From assembly GCA_041661205.1 (NCBI GenBank), contig JBAZUW010000001.1, forward strand, positions 2,736 through 66,735: 64,000 nucleotides of DNA, given 5' to 3'. The stretch is from Phycisphaerales bacterium. Lineage in GTDB: Bacteria > Planctomycetota > Phycisphaerae > Phycisphaerales > UBA1924. Below are positions 58,036-64,000 of the stretch, piece after piece. The notes under the pieces were generated by a model, which was given only the letters and a program-made list of their open reading frames with translations, was not told where the DNA came from and did no database searches. The translations under genes were made by a program, and so were the position numbers. Each line of letters begins with the position of its first letter. Position 1 is the stretch's first letter.

Positions 58036-58904
58036 GGTGTTTGACAGGGTGGGGTGGGCGGCTCGGTGTCTGAGATGATCCTCCACCTCCGGTCGCCATC
58101 CTTGAGAGGCAGCGGGTCTGTGTGGCCGGTGAAGTGGACGGAGTTGGTGGGAGCGGGCAAACGGGTTTTGTCACCCCCCGTCTCTCTGTCCAGCAGGTCC
58201 TCCCCGCCGTTGTAGAACACTTCCGAGCGACTGACCCGTGTCCAACCCTTCCATGATCCTATTGACCGCGCTTTCAAGAACAACGTCCCCAACCCTTTGT
58301 AGGCTCGGCACGTGAGGGCGTTCGGCTTCTTGGTGGATAGTGGAACCCAGCGCACATCCTCCGGAAGGAACATGTGCTCATGTTCCCGCACAAAATGCAG
58401 GAGGTTCCTCCCGTCGTGGACTCGGTTGGACGCATCCCGCAGATGAAACACGACTGCTTTTTGGTGGGCTGGCCCCTTTGCCAGTTTTGGGTCCGTCTGT
58501 GGCCGTCCCCGCATCGCGGCAGCGGCTTTCTCTACCGCGTCGGGTGATCTTTTCTGCCCCCGTAGCCGGTCACCGTTCACTCTCGTTTGCACTTGGTGCT
58601 TCTCTCGCCACTCCGGGTTCTGTGGTCTCTTCTTGGCCCCAACCCGCATCGCCGCCCGTTCTCCGTCGGTTCGGCCATGCTCTTTTCTGAAGGCCACCAT
58701 ACACCCGAACGAACAGTACTTGGGGCGAGCCCACTGCCTCGTCGTGTATTCTTGGCCGCACCCAGCGCACACCCTAACGACAGTCGTTTTTGCAGTCCTG
58801 TCAGCCGCCGCGCACTGGCGGGAACAAAAAACCTGACTCGCCTTCCTCCGCTTGAACGGCTTCCCGCACTCAACGCAGCGTGGTGCTCCAGTTAGCTCGC
58901 TCAT
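58032..58904 (-). CDS. homing-endonuclease-related DNA-binding protein (Zn fingers + NUMOD3-like repeats)
   Basis: CVECG..F..FCS..C x2; RG.KRSP..VEK...MRG; no clear nuclease motif. Confidence 0.65.
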   Translation of the reverse strand: MSELTGAPRCVECGKPFKRRKASQVFCSRQCAAADRTAKTTVVRVCAGCGQEYTTRQWARPKYCSFGCMVAFRKEHGRTDGERAAMRVGAKKRPQNPEWREKHQVQTRVNGDRLRGQKRSPDAVEKAAAAMRGRPQTDPKLAKGPAHQKAVVFHLRDASNRVHDGRNLLHFVREHEHMFLPEDVRWVPLSTKKPNALTCRAYKGLGTLFLKARSIGSWKGWTRVSRSEVFYNGGEDLLDRETGGDKTRLPAPTNSVHFTGHTDPLPLKDGDRRWRIISDTEPPTPPCQTP

Positions 58905-58957
58905 GACAAGCCACCCATACCACTATTCCACCATTCCGCAAGAACTTTCTTGCGGTG

Positions 58958-59647
58958 TTAGATCCTGCTGCGTTTCCTGAACAGGCGGGAGAAGAAGCCC
59001 CGCTCCTTGGGCTTGGGTGCCCACGGGGTTTCTTGGTCATCCTCCGGGGCGTAGGGGTCATACTCGGGCTCTGCGGAGGCCGTCCCTTCCGCCATAGTGG
59101 GGTCGGTCTCCTCCGGCGCAGCGTACGGGTCATACCCAAGCTGCCCTTCGGCGGTCTCCTCCCCGCCGGTCTCCGTGCGCGGTGCGCGCCAGTCCAGTTC
59201 TCCGCGCACCCGGCGGCGGTTCGCCTCGCGCTCCATGCCGGCGTCCTGCGCCTCCTGCTTCATCGTGTCCTGCCACGACACGCGGTCGGCGTTGTAGTCC
59301 TCGCTGCGCCGGATGCCCCCGGTGTGCGCGTAGCCCTTGGCCATGGCGTCCTCGCGGACCTTGATCTCAGCCAGCGCGGCGCCAGTGTCCCCGCGGCGAC
59401 TGGCGCGGCGGAGCTGGCGCAGAGCACGGCCGTAAGATTCGGTCATGCGCCGATAGTTGGCTCCGGCGGCACCACCGTAGGCGTTGGGGCTCAGGGGACG
59501 GTTGGCCTCGGCGTTGAACGGCCGGGTCTGCATGTCGTCCTGGTTGTCCAGACGCGGGGTCGCCGGGCCACCCGAGGACCCGCCCCACCGACGTGCAGGG
59601 TTCAACAGACGCGAGACCGCATCGCGGCGTTCAAGGAGACTGGCCAT
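58958..59647 (-). CDS. putative virion/ejection protein
   Basis: 229 aa, own leaderless promoter, YDPYA repeats. Confidence 0.55.
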   Translation of the reverse strand: MASLLERRDAVSRLLNPARRWGGSSGGPATPRLDNQDDMQTRPFNAEANRPLSPNAYGGAAGANYRRMTESYGRALRQLRRASRRGDTGAALAEIKVREDAMAKGYAHTGGIRRSEDYNADRVSWQDTMKQEAQDAGMEREANRRRVRGELDWRAPRTETGGEETAEGQLGYDPYAAPEETDPTMAEGTASAEPEYDPYAPEDDQETPWAPKPKERGFFSRLFRKRSRI

Positions 59648-59653
59648 GCCGGG

Positions 59654-59694
59654 AGAGTAGCATGGCGGGGGCCAGGGTCAAGGTTTTGCTTGAC
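59654..59694 (-). promoter_or_regulatory. leaderless promoter with palindromic operator
   Basis: TTGACC-16-TACTCT-6-ATG; GTCAAG-N6-CTTGAC. Confidence 0.75.
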
Positions 59695-59726
59695 AGGTGG
59701 CGAACAGACCGGTCACCGACGACGAG

Positions 59727-59924
59727 CCCGCCAAGCCGAGACTTGACGGGCTCTCAACAACGGTCCGGTCCTGCCATGCGTCCAACCCGCACCGGTTCCT
59801 ACCGTCTTACTTCGGTTACAACTCCCGCCAAGCCGAGACTTGACGGGCTCTCAACAACGGTCCGGTCCTGCCATGCGTCCAACCCGCACCGGTTCCTACC
59901 GTCTTACTTCGGTTACAACTCCCG
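59727..59924. repeat. perfect 97-bp tandem duplication (intergenic)
   Basis: 59727-59823 is identical to 59824-59920. Confidence 0.95.
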
Positions 59925-60084
59925 GCCGGCGGACCGCGAGTGCCGGCTTGGGGAAACCCGACCGGGAAAGACTCCCGGCCCCGCCGCTGCGGGATGACAA
60001 CGCCGAGGCAGCCCCACACGGTGCCGAACAGGTTGTCCAGGAGGATCTCCACGATGTTGAATTGTGACATTGCCGGGGTGGTTG

Positions 60085-60228
60085 TCAAGCCTTCCGCTCG
60101 CTGCGCCACACTGTGATGCCCAGTGCCACGAACACGCCGGCCACGCAGGCTGCGGCGATGGCCGGGGTGGCGCAGGCGGCCAGCAGGGGCAGGCCGACGA
60201 GGGTGCCGAGGACGAGGAGGGTTTTCAT
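60085..60228 (-). CDS. small membrane protein
   Basis: MKTLLVLGTLVGLPLL... hydrophobic. Confidence 0.55.
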   Translation of the reverse strand: MKTLLVLGTLVGLPLLAACATPAIAAACVAGVFVALGITVWRSERKA

Positions 60229-60533
60229 TGTGGGGTCTCCTCTTCCGCCACCTCCCGCACATGGATGCACTCCAGCCAGTGGGCTACCTGCCCGTCGTAC
60301 GCGTCCGCTCTGCTGCGGTGAACGGTGTCCGCGAGTCCTTCGGCGAAGGTGACCACCCAGAACTCCCGCGGCTCGGGCTTCACCTCGTAGCGGTGGTCTG
60401 CATACAGGGTGCCCATCTCCTCCGGGAGGTCCTGCCAAGGAGACCCCTTGAAGAAGGACTTGTGTCGGACGGGCTTGCCGTCGATGATCGCCTGCAAGAC
60501 AGGCAACAGGTGCTTTGCTCTTTCCTTAGTCAT
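60225..60533 (-). CDS. hypothetical protein
   Basis: LLPVLQA..DGK...W....Y.VKPEPREFW. Confidence 0.7.
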   Translation of the reverse strand: MTKERAKHLLPVLQAIIDGKPVRHKSFFKGSPWQDLPEEMGTLYADHRYEVKPEPREFWVVTFAEGLADTVHRSRADAYDGQVAHWLECIHVREVAEEETPQ

Positions 60534-60757
60534 TATTTTGTAGTGTTAGATTCTTCTATCGTTGTGCTCACCATCACCCCCGCCACCGGGAACCAGATCA
60601 TCCCCGGCGGCGTGGTCTTGCCGCTCTGCTGCACGTTGCGCAGCGAGACCGGCGGGGCCGGGCGCCGGGGTGGTGCCTTGTCCACCGGCCACTCATAGGC
60701 CACGTCGGTGCCGTGGCGGTGCAGCAGGCCGGGGGTGGGCTGGGGAGGGGGTTTCAT
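60533..60757 (-). CDS. hypothetical protein
   Basis: coupled small ORF. Confidence 0.45.
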   Translation of the reverse strand: MKPPPQPTPGLLHRHGTDVAYEWPVDKAPPRRPAPPVSLRNVQQSGKTTPPGMIWFPVAGVMVSTTIEESNTTK

Positions 60758-60993
60758 GGCTTCTTCTTGTTAGTCGCTACGTTGTCCTTGTCGAGCAGCT
60801 TCGCCGCTTGGTCAAACTCCCCGTGCGCGGCGTGGTATATGGCGCTCTCGATGGTGTTGGACATGAAATCCGGCAGGAAGTAGTCCTCCCCGTCCGGTTC
60901 GTTGCGCTCGTAGTAGTCACACAGAGCCTCGCCGAAGCGGGCATACTGCTGCTGGCGGCGCTCCCGCCGCTGTTCGTGCTGTTCTCGTGTCAT
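60754..60993 (-). CDS. hypothetical protein
   Basis: coupled small ORF. Confidence 0.6.
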   Translation of the reverse strand: MTREQHEQRRERRQQQYARFGEALCDYYERNEPDGEDYFLPDFMSNTIESAIYHAAHGEFDQAAKLLDKDNVATNKKKP

Positions 60994-60999
60994 GGCAGT

Positions 61000-61248
61000 T
61001 CAGATGTTCGGCATGTTCCGTCCCCACCGCCCCCGGTTCTCCGGGAGGACCCGGGCCAGGGTGTCATGGTGGCGGGCGGCGGTGCGGCGGGCCAGGCGCT
61101 CCGCGGCGGCCTCGGCTGCCAGCTCGGCGAGCCAGCGGCGATGGCGGTCGGTGCCAGCGCGCACGAGCGCACGGCAGAGGGTGAGGACGGCGATGGTGGT
61201 GCCGGCGAGCATCGCGGACCAGAGCACGGTTTCGAGGATGGGGTTCAT
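61000..61248 (-). CDS. membrane-anchored hypothetical protein
   Basis: N-terminal TM helix. Confidence 0.55.
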   Translation of the reverse strand: MNPILETVLWSAMLAGTTIAVLTLCRALVRAGTDRHRRWLAELAAEAAAERLARRTAARHHDTLARVLPENRGRWGRNMPNI

Positions 61249-61267
61249 GGTGTTGTCGTGTTGGAGA

Positions 61268-61465
61268 TCAAACCGGCGACCCAACCACCTTGACCGGTGG
61301 CCTGGTGCCGCCGTGGATCGTGGCGTAGCCGGTGGCCCAGTCCTTGGCGGCCAGCTTGGCCAGGTCCTCGGTGGTGAACCGGCCAAGGTTGGTCGGGGTC
61401 CAGCCCTTCGTGCCGTTCAGGTAGAACACGGTGAAGGAGATGGCGGGGCGGGTGGGTGGTTTCAT
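61268..61465 (-). CDS. hypothetical protein
   Basis: coupled small ORF. Confidence 0.5.
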   Translation of the reverse strand: MKPPTRPAISFTVFYLNGTKGWTPTNLGRFTTEDLAKLAAKDWATGYATIHGGTRPPVKVVGSPV

Positions 61466-61926
61466 TGTTGTGAGGGCGTGTCGAGATCTTCAAACCCGTA
61501 GATCAGATAGGAGTAACCATTCGATTGGTTCACCCCGGCGATGATGTGGACGATGTTGACCCGGTGCCCGAGGTACTCGGAGAGATACTCCTCAAACCAT
61601 CGGGCCGTGCGCTCCTTGACCCCAGGCTTTCCAGATGCCACCTCCACGGCGGCCCGATACTTGACCGGGTCCCACTGGAACAGCCGGTCGCTGTACTCGT
61701 AGCGAAGCCCTGTGCGGTCCTCGCCGAACACCGTCCGCTCTCTGTAGCCCAGCGAGGGGGGCGGATTGTGGAACCGCGGGTCGGAGTAGTGGGCGTCGGT
61801 GACAATCCGCGCGTCCTTGGACGTGACGTGGGGGCGCAAGGGCTCCGGAGTCACGGCGCTCTGCGGAGGATCATCCCAGTTGTAGCACCCGTCGATACCA
61901 ATCAAGTTCGGTAGTCTGTTTTTCAT
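61462..61926 (-). CDS. hypothetical protein
   Basis: YSDRLFQWD...N.SNGY.Y.IYG. Confidence 0.7.
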   Translation of the reverse strand: MKNRLPNLIGIDGCYNWDDPPQSAVTPEPLRPHVTSKDARIVTDAHYSDPRFHNPPPSLGYRERTVFGEDRTGLRYEYSDRLFQWDPVKYRAAVEVASGKPGVKERTARWFEEYLSEYLGHRVNIVHIIAGVNQSNGYSYLIYGFEDLDTPSQQ

Positions 61927-62195
61927 TGGTCGGTGTTTCTGTTGGTGGTCGCGGTGAAGCACTGCTGGCACAGGTCAACGCCCAGGTCGCGCCACAGGCG
62001 CACGTCGGGCTTGCCACAGACCCGGCACGGGCGCTTGCCGCGGCGCTGGCGCCGGGGTGGCGCGGGCGACGGGTCGAGGGTCCAGTCGAACACCGGGGCG
62101 TTGCCGTCGCTCATTGACAGGGCCAGCAGCCCACCGAGTATGGCGGCGGAGGTTGGCAGGCGACGACGGGGCGGGAATGGTGCGGCTTCGTTCAT
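61923..62195 (-). CDS. Zn-ribbon hypothetical protein
   Basis: CRVCG...LCQQC. Confidence 0.55.
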   Translation of the reverse strand: MNEAAPFPPRRRLPTSAAILGGLLALSMSDGNAPVFDWTLDPSPAPPRRQRRGKRPCRVCGKPDVRLWRDLGVDLCQQCFTATTNRNTDQ

Positions 62196-62527
62196 TGGTG
62201 GTTGGTGGTGTGCTTGCCCTCGTGCTTCTCAACGGCGAGGCGCAGGGCTTCATTGTTGCGCTTGTGGATCTCGGTGGTGGGCACAAACCACCCAGGGATC
62301 GGAACGTGAGGCTCCCGGCACCCCGGCGAGCCAACACGGTGGCCGCAGTGCGGGCAAATGACCGGTGCCCCGCCCCGCCGCCGTCGGCGCGTGGTGGGTC
62401 CGACGTGCAGGGTGTCGCCGCTGCGGTGACGCAGGACGATGGGGGCCAGGTGCTCGACGTAGCGCGCCCAGTTGCGGGCACGGGCGGCGCGGGCTTGCGC
62501 GTTGGTGAGTTGGGGTTGTGGGGTCAT
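62192..62527 (-). CDS. Zn-ribbon hypothetical protein
   Basis: CPHCG...GC. Confidence 0.55.
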   Translation of the reverse strand: MTPQPQLTNAQARAARARNWARYVEHLAPIVLRHRSGDTLHVGPTTRRRRRGGAPVICPHCGHRVGSPGCREPHVPIPGWFVPTTEIHKRNNEALRLAVEKHEGKHTTNHQ

Positions 62528-62769
62528 GGGATGATGTTGCTGGTGATCAGGTCTTGGTGCTTAGCGTAAAAGTCCAGGCGCCGCTTGAGCCGCAGTGCCC
62601 GGGCCTCGTGGCACAGGTAGCTCATCGCCAGTGCGGCTTCGAAGTTGACGACATTGCCGTGCTGCTCCCGGCGGCCGATGGTGCGGCGGGTCACGCCGAG
62701 GCGCGCGGCAAGCTGCTCCTGGGTGAGCCCGAGGCGCTGCCGGCTGGCGCGGTAGGTGTCTGCGGTCAT
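62524..62769 (-). CDS. XRE-family HTH regulator
   Basis: RQRLGLTQEQLAARLGVTRRTIGRRE. Confidence 0.88.
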   Translation of the reverse strand: MTADTYRASRQRLGLTQEQLAARLGVTRRTIGRREQHGNVVNFEAALAMSYLCHEARALRLKRRLDFYAKHQDLITSNIIP

Positions 62770-62993
62770 GGCTTGGTATGGTTGTGGGACTTCCGCGGGC
62801 TGCGGCTCCAGAGAGGTGCATCCAAAGGGATGCCGTGGCGGAGCCGGTAACGGTTGCGGAGGCGCACGGCGTTGGCCTCCTTGCACCGCTGACAGTGCCA
62901 GCCATCGACGGCCGGGGTGGCGCATGTTATGCACAGCCCGGCATCGCGGCGGCGGCGTTGTGTTTTGAGGGCGCGGATGGTGTTGGGGGTCAT
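62766..62993 (-). CDS. small Zn-finger protein
   Basis: GLCITC....CQRC. Confidence 0.65.
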   Translation of the reverse strand: MTPNTIRALKTQRRRRDAGLCITCATPAVDGWHCQRCKEANAVRLRNRYRLRHGIPLDAPLWSRSPRKSHNHTKP

Positions 62994-63358
62994 GGTGTTG
63001 AGTTGCGGGTTGAATCCTGAGTTGCAGGTTGAATGTCTGGGACCTCGCCCCACGCCTCATCGCGGAAGGTGTAGCGTGGCCCGGCGCAGTAGTGCATGAC
63101 GAACTGCGCGTCCTCATAGCCCGGTTGGCCGGGGAACACCTCAACGAAGGTGGCGATCTCCTTGGGCGGGGTGGTCGTGATGGCCTCCCACACGCCGGAC
63201 CACCATCGAGCCAGCCGATCGCGCCGGGAGACCGGGCGGCTGCGCAGGATGCACCTGGACGACGGCAACCGGCCGAGCGGGTCAACCGGTGCGCTGGCCA
63301 GTTCTTCGGCGCTCCACGGGGGCGCGTCGTCAGTGGGGGTGGTGATCTGTGGGGTCAT
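62990..63358 (-). CDS. hypothetical protein
   Basis: coupled ORF. Confidence 0.5.
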   Translation of the reverse strand: MTPQITTPTDDAPPWSAEELASAPVDPLGRLPSSRCILRSRPVSRRDRLARWWSGVWEAITTTPPKEIATFVEVFPGQPGYEDAQFVMHYCAGPRYTFRDEAWGEVPDIQPATQDSTRNSTP

Positions 63359-63384
63359 GGGATTGGTGTGCTGGTCAGTTGATG

Positions 63385-63831
63385 CTAGAGGGTGGCCAGT
63401 TCGGCGGCCATGGCCTGCCAATCCTCGTCCTTGGCGGCGAGCGTGGCAGCGATCTCGGCCGGGGTGGGGAAGCCGCAGCCTTGGTCAAGGGTGAAGTCGG
63501 TGAGGTGCCGGTTCGCCGCGCTGATGAACTGCGCCGGCGTGCCGGTGAACCCTTGGATGCTCTGTTTCCAGTGGTCCCACCCGTACCAGTGTTCCGGGTA
63601 GCTGCCCACCCACGCGGTCAGCCGGCACGCCAGCCACGGGTGGCCGCGGTGGTCGGTCGCGTTGTAGAAGCTCACGCCCACGGGGCCGTAGGGGCTCGGC
63701 ATGGTGCCGTGGATCGTGGACCCACCGGTCAGGCTCTCATCCTCCGTCCGCCCGAACAGGGCGGTGACGTTGTGCCGGGCGAACAGGTCGGCAACCTGCT
63801 GGTGCAGGGCTTTGCGTTGTGGCTTGGTCAT
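63385..63831 (-). CDS. hypothetical protein
   Basis: MTKPQRKALH; aaccccATG start. Confidence 0.6.
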   Translation of the reverse strand: MTKPQRKALHQQVADLFARHNVTALFGRTEDESLTGGSTIHGTMPSPYGPVGVSFYNATDHRGHPWLACRLTAWVGSYPEHWYGWDHWKQSIQGFTGTPAQFISAANRHLTDFTLDQGCGFPTPAEIAATLAAKDEDWQAMAAELATL

Positions 63832-63880
63832 GGGGTTGGGGTGTTGGTAAATGCCTCCGCCACGATGCGGAGAAACTCCG

Positions 63881-64000
63881 CCCTCGCTGCGGCCCTCGCT
63901 GCGGCCCTCGCTGCGGCCCACGCTGCGGCCCACGCTGCGTCCCTCGCTGCGGCCCTCGCTGCGTCCCTCGCTGCGTCCCACGCTGCGTCCCTCGCTGCGT
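63881..64000. repeat. 12-bp tandem repeat CCC(T/A)CGCTGCG(G/T) x10, truncated by window end
   Basis: Direct inspection. Confidence 0.95.

Noticed and set aside
59727-59924. CRISPR array or ribozyme
   Set aside because: Two contiguous identical units with no spacers, and no hammerhead, twister or pistol core that I could match.
1-64000. Genome-wide stop-codon reassignment
   Set aside because: Core genes are intact in code 11 and all three stops terminate genes; the single in-frame TGA at 51985 is local.

Overview
This window is most of a GC-rich dsDNA tailed-phage genome with podovirus-like organisation; no tape-measure gene was seen. It has two convergent arms. The + arm (1-44.6 kb) carries small early-type genes, an atypical tRNA-His, a metallophosphoesterase, a serine recombinase, terminase/portal/scaffold/capsid, lysis and tail genes, and a 7.6-kb glycan-modification cluster. 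It ends in a replication module: primase-helicase, a TGT/DpdA-like gene with QueD and an NDT, a DUF2800 exonuclease, SSB, a DUF4326-PolA fusion, VRR-NUC, SNF2 and DUF5664. The - arm (44.6-63.8 kb) carries a tRNA-like RNA, an adaptor-like protein, an RlmN/Cfr-like radical SAM enzyme, a 2676-aa polyvalent/internal virion protein and many small genes, and ends in a 12-bp tandem repeat. Main observations: (1) a complete HNH endonuclease gene with its own promoter nested antisense and in register inside the giant ORF, plus two tiny overprinted ORFs; (2) a minimal 7-deazaguanine-type cassette; (3) a large glycosylation cluster next to the virion genes; (4) a 113-nt tRNA-like RNA with extra arms; (5) genome-wide leaderless promoters with two recurrent operator-like motifs. 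All protein calls come from motif recognition by eye; no database searches were run.
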